From Candidatus Methylomirabilia bacterium (GTDB taxonomy: Bacteria > Methylomirabilota > Methylomirabilia > Rokubacteriales > CSP1-6), in the NCBI GenBank assembly GCA_041492755.1, contig JBGPXN010000052.1, positions 1 to 27,699 on the forward strand: 27,699 nt of DNA. The letters are read 5' to 3'. This document shows positions 1-8,785 of this stretch, one piece after another. Within the stretch, counting starts at the first letter, position 1. Every line of letters starts with the position of its first letter. Both the position numbers and the translations under genes were made by a program. Below the pieces are notes generated by a model that searched no databases, was not told the DNA's origin, and was given only the letters and a program-made list of their open reading frames with translations.

Positions 1-139
1 ATTGCTTTTTTTTCGGGTTTGCACCCCACGTTTTATTACTGTCAACTCCCCACCTCTCCCGGTTCCCAAACCCCATTGTGTTCCGTGCCCCCCCCCCCAC
101 CCACCCCCCGCCCGGGAAACGACGAGGAAGGATCGAGGA

Positions 140-2236
140 CTACTTCCCGTAGAGGAACTCAGGAAGCCAAAGCGTCATCCCTGGCCAGATGTACATGAAG
201 ACGAGGCAGATACAGACGATGATCATGTACGGCATCATCCCCGCGAAGATCTGATTGAGCGTAACGTGCTTGGGCGACACGCCCTTCAGATAGAACGCGG
301 ACATCGCGACGGGCGGCGACAGGAATGCGGCCTGCAAGTTGACCGCGACCATGGTGCCGAACAGGATCGGGTCGATGTGGAAGTGGCTCAGCAGCGGGAT
401 GAAGATTGGGCAAAAGATGACGATGATCTCGGTCCACTCGAGCGGCCAGCCGAGCAGGAAGATGATGAGCTGCGCCGTGAACTGGAACCCGAGCGGCGAC
501 AGGTTCATGGACAGCACCCAGCGCTCGATCAGCCCCTGGCCGCCGTGCAGCGCGAACACCGCCGAGAAGAGAGCGGAGCCGACGAAAAGCCAGCACACCA
601 TCGCGGTGGTCTTCGCGGTCAGGAACGTCGACTCCTTCATGTTCAAGCGAAGCTCGGGGGACTTCCGCAGATACCACACGCCGGGCACGACGGTGCCCAC
701 CAGCGTTCCGCCGATGGAGCCCGCGACGAGCAACGAGGCGAAGTCCTCGCCCTCGTAGATCCCGAGCGTGATGCCGACGACGAAGCCGACGAGGCTCCAC
801 CACAACACCGGGCGGAGATACCGCGCCATCACGGCCAGGTACATCGCGCCGAGCGCGCCGATCGCCGCCGATTCCGTCGCGGTGCAGATGCCGAACAGGA
901 TGACTGCGAGCACGATGACGGTGAGCACACCGAGGGGCACGACCGACGCGCACAGCTCCTTCAGGATCTCGAGCTGCTCGCCGTCCATGTGCCAGAAGTA
1001 GTAGAGGAGCAGAAGCCCGGAGACGGCGGCCAGTCCCCAGAACCACGCGTAGAAGCGCGCGGGGATCTTTCCGGCGTCGGATGCCGCGGTCGTGTCCCGC
1101 AGGGACGTCATCTCCTCGGGAGCGCCCTCCGTCTTCGGCGGCGCGGCCACAGTCTGGGAGTCCCCGACGGCTCCCAGCTCTTGTGGCTTGTCCGAGTCCG
1201 ACGTCGCCGCCGCACCCAGCTCCAGCGGCTTCTCTTCCGTCGTCGGCGCCGCGGCCTTGGCGGCGGGCGCCGCCGCTGTCGGAGCGGTGGGGACCTTGGC
1301 CGCCGTCGCGCCCGCGACGGTGGCCGGCGTGGGTGTGGCGGCAGCGGTCGCCGCGGGCGCCGCGTTGTAGACGGCCACGTACCACCACGTGGCCGCGAAC
1401 GTCCCCACGGTCATGAAGAACGGTACGGAGAGGGCGAGCACGTTGTTGAGGATTACGCGATAGCCGACGCCGGCCACCCGGCCGGGCCGGAACAGCGCGG
1501 CCAGGAGCCCCGGCACCACGCTATGGGACGGGCCGACCTCGAGCCGCCGGAGAAACTCCGGCACGGTGACCCGGTACTGGTCGGGCGAAAGCTTGGGCGC
1601 GATCTTGGGATCGATGAGCGCCCACCCGACGATGTACACAAGGTAGAGAAAGGTGAGGAAGAAGCCCGGCAGCATCGCGGCCGCGTACAGCTTGACGATC
1701 GACTGCCCCGCCACCGCCGCGTAGACGATGAGCATGACCGACGGCGGAATGAGAATGCCGAGCGTCCCCCCCGCGGTGATCGTGCCGGAGGCCAGCTTCA
1801 CGTCGTAGCCCGCCTTGAGCATCGGTCGCATGGCGATGACACCCATGAGCACGACCACGGCGCCCACGATGCCGGAGGCGATCCCCCAGAAGGCGGACAC
1901 CAGCATCGTGGTGACGGCGAGGGACGCCGGCACGCGCCGGAAGGCGAGCTGCACGCTGTGGAACATCCGGTCCACCAGCGCCGCCCGCTCCATGATGTAC
2001 CCCATGAAGACGAACAGCGGGACCGACAGCAGCGTGTCGTTGGTCATGACGCCGTACGCCCGCTGCACGATCAGGTCGAAGATCCGGTTGTCGTACCAGT
2101 GCGCCCCGGGGATCCAGAACGCGAGGTAGCCGAAGATCATCCCCAGGCCCATCAGCGTGAACGCGGTGGGGAAACCCATCATGATCGCGACCACGATGAG
2201 GCAGAGCATGGTGAGGCCGAGCCAGGGGTCGCTCAT
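140..2236 (-). CDS. dctM: TRAP transporter large permease subunit (DctM) with a long Ala/Pro/Thr-rich insertion
   Basis: Real start is MSDPWLGLTML at 2236, overlapping the dctQ stop as ATGA. DctM motifs GFPTAFTL, SVPLFVFMG, GTLGILIPPS, TATESAAIGA, AFLSPP; many TM helices; 698 aa. Confidence 0.95.
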   Translation of the reverse strand: MSDPWLGLTMLCLIVVAIMMGFPTAFTLMGLGMIFGYLAFWIPGAHWYDNRIFDLIVQRAYGVMTNDTLLSVPLFVFMGYIMERAALVDRMFHSVQLAFRRVPASLAVTTMLVSAFWGIASGIVGAVVVLMGVIAMRPMLKAGYDVKLASGTITAGGTLGILIPPSVMLIVYAAVAGQSIVKLYAAAMLPGFFLTFLYLVYIVGWALIDPKIAPKLSPDQYRVTVPEFLRRLEVGPSHSVVPGLLAALFRPGRVAGVGYRVILNNVLALSVPFFMTVGTFAATWWYVAVYNAAPAATAAATPTPATVAGATAAKVPTAPTAAAPAAKAAAPTTEEKPLELGAAATSDSDKPQELGAVGDSQTVAAPPKTEGAPEEMTSLRDTTAASDAGKIPARFYAWFWGLAAVSGLLLLYYFWHMDGEQLEILKELCASVVPLGVLTVIVLAVILFGICTATESAAIGALGAMYLAVMARYLRPVLWWSLVGFVVGITLGIYEGEDFASLLVAGSIGGTLVGTVVPGVWYLRKSPELRLNMKESTFLTAKTTAMVCWLFVGSALFSAVFALHGGQGLIERWVLSMNLSPLGFQFTAQLIIFLLGWPLEWTEIIVIFCPIFIPLLSHFHIDPILFGTMVAVNLQAAFLSPPVAMSAFYLKGVSPKHVTLNQIFAGMMPYMIIVCICLVFMYIWPGMTLWLPEFLYGK

Positions 2237-2916
2237 GGGGTCCGGCTCTGGCGCTCGGTGTCGTCGATCACGCTGCGGTGGCGGGCGGCCTCGTCGATGG
2301 CGTGCGCCCCCTCCATCGCCTGGCGCCGCGACTCTTCGTCGATGTACTCGCTGCGCGAGAGCTGCGTCTCGATGACGTCGATCTCCTCGACGTCCTCCAG
2401 ACGCGCGGGCCAGACGCCGGTACGGAGGCACTCGAAACAGCGAACGATCTCGGCGAGCCCCTGGAGCATGACGAGGGCCCCCGCGACGGGGATCACCGTC
2501 TTGAAGTGGTAGACGGGCGGGCCTTCGGCGGTGACGGTGGAGTGTTCTCCGATCTTCCAGGAGAGGTGGGCGTAGTCGTACCCCGCGTAGATCAGCCCAA
2601 GGATGCCCGGGATGAAGAACAGGAAATAGAGGCTCAGATCGAGCGCGGCCTGCGCGCGCGGGCTGAGGTAGATGTACACGAAGTCGGCGCGCACGTGCCC
2701 GGCCAGGGCCAACGTATAGGCCCCGCACATCATGAACAGCGTGCCGTACAGCATGTTGTTGAAGTCGTAGATCCAGGCGGTCGGAGCATTGAGGATGTAG
2801 CGCTTGAAGACCTCGATGGAGACCACGAAGGTCAGGGCCACGATGAGCCACGAAGCCGCCTTGCCCGACCAGTAGCTGATGACATCGATGCCACGAATGA
2901 GCGACTGGGCGTTCAT
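2233..2916 (-). CDS. dctQ: TRAP transporter small permease subunit (DctQ)
   Basis: MNAQSLIRGID...EVFKRYILNAPTAWIYD...GHVRADF; about four TM segments; lies between dctP and dctM. Confidence 0.93.
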   Translation of the reverse strand: MNAQSLIRGIDVISYWSGKAASWLIVALTFVVSIEVFKRYILNAPTAWIYDFNNMLYGTLFMMCGAYTLALAGHVRADFVYIYLSPRAQAALDLSLYFLFFIPGILGLIYAGYDYAHLSWKIGEHSTVTAEGPPVYHFKTVIPVAGALVMLQGLAEIVRCFECLRTGVWPARLEDVEEIDVIETQLSRSEYIDEESRRQAMEGAHAIDEAARHRSVIDDTERQSRTP

Positions 2917-2929
2917 GCGGCAACGACCG

Positions 2930-2965
2930 CGGCCAGCCATCCGGTGTTCGCCGGATGGCTGGCCG
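2930..2965. terminator. Perfect 15-bp stem hairpin between dctP and dctQ (mRNA stabiliser/attenuator)
   Basis: CGGCCAGCCATCCGG-TGTTCG-CCGGATGGCTGGCCG. No U-tract follows. Confidence 0.6.
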
Positions 2966-2988
2966 GCTGCGACTCGACCACGGAGCGG

Positions 2989-4134
2989 TTAGCTCTTCTT
3001 GGCGGCCGGCTTGCCGAAGTAGTGGTTGTACGCCATCCGCCGGCTGACGTTGGTATCGAGATCCCACTTCACCGCGCGCGCGGCGAAGGCCTTTTGGGAC
3101 TCGACGATCTCCTTGAACATCGGGTTGTCCGTCGTCTTCTTGTCCACCACCTGGTCATAGATCTCGAGCTGCTTCTGGAGCACGGAATCCGGCGTCTTGT
3201 AGAACCGGACTTTATCCTTGGTCTGCAGCTCGATGTAGTCCTTCGAGTAGCGGTCGATCGACTTCCACGCCATGTCGGCCGACGCGGCCTCGACCCCGTT
3301 CTCGATGATGGCCTTCATCTTGTCCGGCAGCGCATCGAACTTCGCCTTGTTGAACGTGATCTCCAGCTGCTCGGCGTTCTGGTGATAGCTCTGCAGCATG
3401 CAGATCTTGGAGACGTCGGCGAAGCCGAGGAGGCGATCGGACGTGGCGTTGTTGAACTCGGCCGCGTCGATGAGCCCGCGGTCGAGCGCGGGGACGATCT
3501 CGGCGCCCGGCAGCGCGTTCACCGCGGCGCCCATGCCCTGGAACACGTCGATGGAGATGCCGACCGTGCGGAACTTCAGGCCCTTGAAGTCGTCCGCCTT
3601 CGTGATGACCTTCTTGTACCAGCCCAGCGGCTGCGTGAACATCGGCCCGTACGGGAACGAGACCACGTTGGCGCCGACGGACGCGTAGAGCTTGGTCAGG
3701 AGCTGCTTGCCCCCGCCGTACTTGTGCCAGGACAGCAGCATGTTCGCATCCATGCCGTAGCCCGGTCCGGAGCCCCAGAGCGCCAGCGCGGTCTGCTTGC
3801 CGTAGTGGTAGACGAGCACGCCATGGCCGCCGTCGAGCGTGCCCTTCGACACGGCGTCGAGCAAGCCGAACGCCGGTACCACCGCGCCCGCCGGCAGCAC
3901 CTCGATCTTCAGGTCGCCGCCGGTCATGTCGTTCACCTTCTTGGCGAAGTCGAGCGCGTACTCGTGGAAGATGTCTTTCTGCGGCCAGGTGCTCTGCCAG
4001 CGCATCGTGATGGGGCCCTGCGCCCTGGCAACCATCGGAAAGCTGAGCGTCGCTGCCGCGCCGGCGGCCGCGACGGCGGCGCCCCGCAGGAACGTGCGGC
4101 GGGGCGTTTCGGTGGTGGCTTGCGGAGTCGTCAT
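2989..4134 (-). CDS. dctP: TRAP transporter substrate-binding protein (DctP, TakP-like), Tat-exported
   Basis: Twin-arginine signal PRRTFLRGAAVAAAG...ARAQ; MRWQSTW, DFKGLKFRTVG, ALDRGLIDAAEF. SD GAGGAGG upstream of the ATG at 4134. Confidence 0.95.
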   Translation of the reverse strand: MTTPQATTETPRRTFLRGAAVAAAGAAATLSFPMVARAQGPITMRWQSTWPQKDIFHEYALDFAKKVNDMTGGDLKIEVLPAGAVVPAFGLLDAVSKGTLDGGHGVLVYHYGKQTALALWGSGPGYGMDANMLLSWHKYGGGKQLLTKLYASVGANVVSFPYGPMFTQPLGWYKKVITKADDFKGLKFRTVGISIDVFQGMGAAVNALPGAEIVPALDRGLIDAAEFNNATSDRLLGFADVSKICMLQSYHQNAEQLEITFNKAKFDALPDKMKAIIENGVEAASADMAWKSIDRYSKDYIELQTKDKVRFYKTPDSVLQKQLEIYDQVVDKKTTDNPMFKEIVESQKAFAARAVKWDLDTNVSRRMAYNHYFGKPAAKKS

Positions 4135-4252
4135 GGGCACCTCCTCGGCGTCGATGGCTTGGAGTGTACGGCCGTTTCGCTCAGCAAACAGGCAGCAGTG
4201 TAACTCACGTCCCGGCCACCGGGCTCCCTAGCAGTTGCGATTCCGGGCCTGC

Positions 4253-4282
4253 TTGACGGCACTGGCGCTCCCGGCATAAGGT
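4253..4282 (+). promoter_or_regulatory. Putative sigma70 promoter for a leaderless LLM gene
   Basis: TTGACG (4253-4258), 18 nt, TAAGGT (4277-4282), 7 nt, GTG at 4290; no SD. Confidence 0.55.
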
Positions 4283-4289
4283 CCGGGCC

Positions 4290-5126
4290 GTGAAAACCGA
4301 CATCCTCCTGATGCCCATGGGCGCCTCCTACGCCGACATGCGCCGCGCCGCGGTGGCCGCCGAGGAGGGCGGTTTCGACGGCATCTGGACCTGGGACCAC
4401 CTCCGCGATCCCGACGGCGGTCCCCGATCCCGGGTGCCCGAGGTCTGGACGGTCCTGGCGGCGCTGGCCGAGGCCACGCGGCGGGTTGCGCTCGGGCCCC
4501 TCGTGCTCAACGTCTCGAGCCGTCATCCGGGTCTACTCGCCAACATGGCGGCGACGCTGCAAGAGATCTCAGGGGGCCGGCTCCTCCTCGGGCTCGGCGC
4601 CGGAGCTCACCGGCGGCTGCCGTATGCCGTGGAGCACGAAGCGCTCGGCATCACCGTGGAGCCGGATCGGGTCCGTGCGGAGCGGGTGGCGGAAGCGGCC
4701 CAGGTGATGCGGCGCCTCTGGGCGGGCGACGCGTCGGGCTTCGCGGGGACGCACTACCGGCTGGAACGTCCGAGCGGCTTCCTCCGGCCCGCGCCCCCAC
4801 CGCCGATCATCATCGGCGGCTTCGGGCCGCGCATGGCGGCGATCGCCGGCCGCCACGCCGACGGCTTCAATACCCAGGCCGGTCATCCACAGCTCGGTGA
4901 GCTGGCCCGGGTCGCGCGCGACGAGCACGCCGCCTCCGGGCGCGATCCCGCCCGGTTCATCCTCACGGTCTTCGGTGGTCTGCGCGACGCCTACCTCAGA
5001 CCGGATTCACCGGCCCGCGCCTCGCTCGAGCGCCACGGGGTGGAGCGACTGATTCTGCTGATGGAGCCGCCGTTCGAGTCCAGCCGGCTCCGTGACGCGG
5101 GTCGCCTGCTCGGCGGCCGGGCCTGA
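4290..5126 (+). CDS. LLM-class (luciferase-like) flavin/F420-dependent oxidoreductase
   Basis: AEEGGFDGIWTWDH, EVWTVLAALAEATRRVALGPLV, ATLQEISGGRLLLGLGAG, PPIIIGG; 278 aa. Confidence 0.92.
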   Translation: MKTDILLMPMGASYADMRRAAVAAEEGGFDGIWTWDHLRDPDGGPRSRVPEVWTVLAALAEATRRVALGPLVLNVSSRHPGLLANMAATLQEISGGRLLLGLGAGAHRRLPYAVEHEALGITVEPDRVRAERVAEAAQVMRRLWAGDASGFAGTHYRLERPSGFLRPAPPPPIIIGGFGPRMAAIAGRHADGFNTQAGHPQLGELARVARDEHAASGRDPARFILTVFGGLRDAYLRPDSPARASLERHGVERLILLMEPPFESSRLRDAGRLLGGRA

Positions 5127-5178
5127 GGCGTGAGCCGGAACCGCCGGCGGCCGGGCTGGGCTAGGAGCCAGTCGGGAT

Positions 5179-5259
5179 ATCGAGGAGTGCCCCGGCTCCG
5201 CCGGGACGCTCCGAGCGGTGGGGGGGGGGGTATGGGGGGCCATTTCGGGGCCCCCCATA
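5179..5259 (-). repeat. REP/MITE-like double-hairpin repeat, copy A
   Basis: Minus strand reads ATGGGGGGCCCCGAAATGGCCCCCCATA-polyC-ACCGCTCGG...CCCGGC-GGA-GCCGGG...CTCGAT; homologous to 7946-8019 and 26197-26240. Confidence 0.85.
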
Positions 5260-5262
5260 CCC

Positions 5263-5520
5263 CTATATGCGGCCGAGGGGTCGGAGCGCGCTGTCGAGGA
5301 GGATGGTGTCGCCGACGTGGTAGTTGCCCGCCTCGCGCTGACCGACCATGACGAAGCTGCGTCCGGTCGGCCACTCGACGATCATGAAGCCGCCGAAGGC
5401 GTCGACGTGGACCACGCGGGCCGTGAAGCCTCCCGGCGGCGGCGCGATGGGCGTGGCTACCGCACAACCAGTCAGCAGCACGACCCCGAGGACGGCAGCA
5501 ACAGCGCGAAATGTTTTCAT
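5263..5520 (-). CDS. Small lipoprotein of unknown function (85 aa)
   Basis: MKTFRAVAAVLGVVLLTGC: basic N-terminus, hydrophobic core, lipobox LTGC, then a beta-rich domain. TACAAT lies 7 nt upstream of the ATG. Confidence 0.8.
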   Translation of the reverse strand: MKTFRAVAAVLGVVLLTGCAVATPIAPPPGGFTARVVHVDAFGGFMIVEWPTGRSFVMVGQREAGNYHVGDTILLDSALRPLGRI

Positions 5521-5540
5521 GGCGATCATTGTAGGGGGTC

Positions 5541-7793
5541 CTAGAGCCGCGGCGTGAAGCTCTTCACCGAGACGTACTGATCCGGCCATGCCAGGTCGTA
5601 CCCCTGCTCGGCCGCCGCGTGGCGGGTCCAGTAGGGATCGTAGAGGTGAGCGCGCGCGAGCACGCACAGGTCGGCGCGGCCGGCCGCAATGATGCTGTTG
5701 ACGTCGGCGTACGTGCCGATGGCGCCGACGGTCGCCGTGGGGATCCCCGCCTCGTGGCGGATGCGGTCGCTGAACGGCGTCTGGTAAAGCCGCCCGTACA
5801 CCGGCCGCTGGTACGGCACCGTCTGGCCCGACGACACCGTGATCAGATCGCAGCCGCGCTCGCGGAGCGCGCGCGCCGTCTGCACCGCGTCGTCGACCTG
5901 AAAGCCGCCGTCCACCCAGTCGGTCGCCGAGATCTTCACCGAGATCGGCTTGGCCGCCGGCCACACGGCCCGCACGGCGCCGAAGACTTCGAGCGGCCAG
6001 CGCAGGCGGGCGGCGAGCGTCCCGCCGTACTCGTCGGCCCGCGCGTTGGTGAGCGGCGACAGGAAGCTCGCCAGCAGATAGCCATGGGCGACGTGCAGCT
6101 CGAGCATGTCGAAGCCGGCTTCCTCGGCCATCCGGGTCGCGCGCACGAACTGCTCGCGCACCTCGTCCATGTCGCGCCGGTCCATCTCCTTGGGCTTCTG
6201 GCTGGAGCTCAGATACGGGATGGGCGAGGCTGAGAGCAGCGGCCAGTGGCCTTCCTCGAGCGGCTCGTCGATGCCCTCCCACAGCCGTCGGGTCGCGCCC
6301 TTGCGCCCGGCGTGAGCGAGCTGCAGCCCGATGCGGGCACGGCTGTGCTGATGCACGAAGTCGACGATGCGCCGCCACGCCGCCACGTGCTCCGACTTGT
6401 ACATCCCCGTGCAGCCCGGGCTGATCCGTCCCTCCCGGCTGACGTCGGTCATCTCCGCAATGACGAGCGCCGCACCGCCCACCGCGCGCGAGCCGAGGTT
6501 GACGAGATGCCAGTCGTTCGGCGTCCCATCCTCGGCGGAGTACTGGCACATCGGCGAGACGACCACGCGGTTGGCGAGTCCCATCTCGCGGAGCCGGAAC
6601 GGCGTGAACATCGGCGGGGGCGGCGGCGGGCCCGGCACCGTGACGCGCGCCTGATCGGCCGCGCGGGCGGCCACCCAGCGATCCACCGCCTCCACGAACT
6701 TCCCGTCGCGGGCCTTGAGGTTCTGGTGGGTGACCCGCAGGCTGCGCGTGAGCAGGCTGAAGGCGAACTGCAGCGGCTCCAGCCGCCCGTGGTACCGCTC
6801 CGCCTGCTCGAACCACTCCAGGCTGACCTGCGCGGCACGCTGGGTGGCTTCCACCACGCGCCGCCGCTCCGCCTCGTACGCCGCGAGCGCCGCCGGCACG
6901 TCGGTGTGAGCGCCAAGCGCCCGGCTCAGCGCGATCGCATCCTCCATGGCGAGCTTGGTCCCGGAGCCGATCGAGAAGTGCGCGGTGTGGGCCGCGTCGC
7001 CGACGAGCACGACGTTGCCGTGGTGCCACGCGCCGTTCCTGACCGTGGGAAAGCTCCGCCAGAGCGATCGGTTCTTGAGGATACGATGCCCGTCCAGCTC
7101 GCGCGCGAACAGTCGCTCGGTGAAGGCCACGGTGTCGTCCTCGCTCGCCTGATCGAGGCCGGCGCGACGCCAGGTCGCTTCGGTGCATTCCAGGATGAAC
7201 GTCGACTGCCGCCCCTCATAGCGGTACGCGTGCACGCGCCAGAGCCCGTGCTCGCTCTCCTTGAAGATGAAGGTGAACGCCGGGAACGGAAACGTCGTGC
7301 CCAGCCACACGAACCGGTTCGGGCGCCAGTCGATCTGCGGGTGAAACCGCCCATCGTAGCGCCCACGGATAACGCTGTTGACGCCGTCGGCGACGAGGAC
7401 GAGATCGGCGTCCGCCCACGGCTCGACGTCCGCGACTTCGCGCTGGAACTCGAAGCGCACGCCGAGCGCTTCGCCGCGCGCGCGCAGGACGTCGAGCAGC
7501 CGTTGGCGCGACAGCCCCGAGAACCCGTGGCCGCTGGACGTGATCACCTGCCCCTGGTAGTGGATGTCGATGTCGTCCCAGTGCGCGAAGGCACGAACGA
7601 GCTCCTCGTACGTCTCGGGATCGGCCTCGGCGAAGTTGTCGAGGGTGGCGTCGGAGAACACCACGCCGAACCCGAAGGTGTCGTCGGGCCGGTTGCGCTC
7701 CACCACCGTGACGTCGTGGGCGGGATCCGCCTTCTTCATGAGGAGGGCGAAGTAGAGGCCGGCCGGCCCGCCGCCGACGCAGACGATCTTCAC
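5541..7793 (-). CDS. Bifunctional salicylyl-CoA 5-hydroxylase / anthraniloyl-CoA monooxygenase-reductase (SdgC/AbmA-like)
   Basis: N-terminal FAD monooxygenase ([41 protein letters not shown]) fused to an Old-Yellow-Enzyme domain ([27 protein letters not shown]); 750 aa. Confidence 0.93.
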   Translation of the reverse strand: MKIVCVGGGPAGLYFALLMKKADPAHDVTVVERNRPDDTFGFGVVFSDATLDNFAEADPETYEELVRAFAHWDDIDIHYQGQVITSSGHGFSGLSRQRLLDVLRARGEALGVRFEFQREVADVEPWADADLVLVADGVNSVIRGRYDGRFHPQIDWRPNRFVWLGTTFPFPAFTFIFKESEHGLWRVHAYRYEGRQSTFILECTEATWRRAGLDQASEDDTVAFTERLFARELDGHRILKNRSLWRSFPTVRNGAWHHGNVVLVGDAAHTAHFSIGSGTKLAMEDAIALSRALGAHTDVPAALAAYEAERRRVVEATQRAAQVSLEWFEQAERYHGRLEPLQFAFSLLTRSLRVTHQNLKARDGKFVEAVDRWVAARAADQARVTVPGPPPPPPMFTPFRLREMGLANRVVVSPMCQYSAEDGTPNDWHLVNLGSRAVGGAALVIAEMTDVSREGRISPGCTGMYKSEHVAAWRRIVDFVHQHSRARIGLQLAHAGRKGATRRLWEGIDEPLEEGHWPLLSASPIPYLSSSQKPKEMDRRDMDEVREQFVRATRMAEEAGFDMLELHVAHGYLLASFLSPLTNARADEYGGTLAARLRWPLEVFGAVRAVWPAAKPISVKISATDWVDGGFQVDDAVQTARALRERGCDLITVSSGQTVPYQRPVYGRLYQTPFSDRIRHEAGIPTATVGAIGTYADVNSIIAAGRADLCVLARAHLYDPYWTRHAAAEQGYDLAWPDQYVSVKSFTPRL

Positions 7794-7861
7794 GCGAAAA
7801 AGTGTACCCGAACGCCCGGCGACCTTCGGGTGCGGGCGCTCACGCCGGCTGGTGCTGCCAG

Positions 7862-8019
7862 AGCCGCGAGCGCACCGAGCGGCGCGCCGCCCGTGAGAGG
7901 GGCTTGGCGGGCCCTTCGAGGCCCCCGGTTACACCAGCCGCGAGCATCGAGGGGCGCCACGGCTTCGCCGCGGCGTCCCGAGCGTCGGGGGGCTTGGGGG
8001 GCCCTTCGAGGCCCCCCAT
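7862..8019 (-). repeat. REP/MITE-like repeat, copy B (7946-8019) plus a degenerate tandem copy (7862-7927)
   Basis: Minus strand ATGGGGGGCCTCGAAGGGCCCCCCAAGCCCCCCGACGCTCGGGACGCCGCGGC-GAA-GCCGTGGCGCCCCTCGAT. GCCCTTCGAGGCCCCC and AGCCGCGAGC each occur twice. Confidence 0.85.
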
Positions 8020-8030
8020 TCGGTCGATTT

Positions 8031-8672
8031 TCAATACAACTGCTTCAGATTCTCCTGCTGCTTCCGGACGTACTCGTCGTAGTCATTGGTCGGACGTGCG
8101 GAGGGCACCTGGTCCCACATGATCCTGGCGAAGGACGCGACCGTGTCGGGAGATCCCTGCTGCGCGGTGTCCCACAGCACCGACCGCATGAGCGCGCGCG
8201 GGCAATGCATGAAGACCTCCTCGACGTCGACGCCGATGGCGACCTGGGGCCGCTTGCCGTCGACGGCGAGCCGCTCGAGCAGATCCGCGTCCCGCACGAT
8301 GCACGCCCGGCCATTCACGCGCAGCGTGTCGTTCCGGCCGGGCACGAAGAAGATCAGCGCGATGTGCCCGTTGGCGAGGATGTTCCGCAAGCCGTCCAGC
8401 CGCTTGTTTCCCGGGCGGTCGGGCAGGACGAGGTGACGGTCGTCCAGCACGACGACGAACCCCGGCGGATCGCCCTTGGGCGAGACGTCACATTCGCCGG
8501 CGGCATTGGCCGTGCCCATGATGAGGAAGGGCGACGCCGCGATGAAGGCCCGCCCGTGCTCGTCGAGACTGGCGCGCTGCTTGAGGACCGCGCGCTCGCT
8601 GGGATAACCGAAGAGCTGTCGCAACTCCTCTTCCGACGTCAACCGATCGCTGAAAAACGTCCCGTCCGCCAT
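8031..8672 (-). CDS. Pyridoxamine 5'-phosphate oxidase-related FMN-binding protein (MSMEG_1061 family)
   Basis: FIAASPF, DVSPKGDPPGFV, PDRPGNKRLD, TLRVNGRA, EEVFMHCPRALMRS. SD AGGAGG 5 nt before the ATG. Confidence 0.9.
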   Translation of the reverse strand: MADGTFFSDRLTSEEELRQLFGYPSERAVLKQRASLDEHGRAFIAASPFLIMGTANAAGECDVSPKGDPPGFVVVLDDRHLVLPDRPGNKRLDGLRNILANGHIALIFFVPGRNDTLRVNGRACIVRDADLLERLAVDGKRPQVAIGVDVEEVFMHCPRALMRSVLWDTAQQGSPDTVASFARIMWDQVPSARPTNDYDEYVRKQQENLKQLY

Positions 8673-8785
8673 CACCGCCTCCTGGGTGCCGCTCGACCTG
8701 GCAGCGTGTCCGAGTTTACCCCAAGGCGGCAGGCCACACGGCGGAAGGATCGAGCGGCAGCTCGCGGAAGACTCTGGCCCCGCCG

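Noticed and set aside
1..130. Homopolymer-rich, compositionally odd sequence at the window start
   Set aside because: Looks like low-quality contig-end sequence; no credible ORF, repeat or RNA structure.
2..4203. Long plus-strand ORFs 2..2512 and 2278..4203
   Set aside because: Antisense shadows of dctM/dctQ/dctP, expected in high-GC DNA; no recognisable motifs.
5179..8019. Palindromic repeats considered as a CRISPR array
   Set aside because: Copies are dispersed and divergent, with no regular repeat-spacer period and no cas genes.
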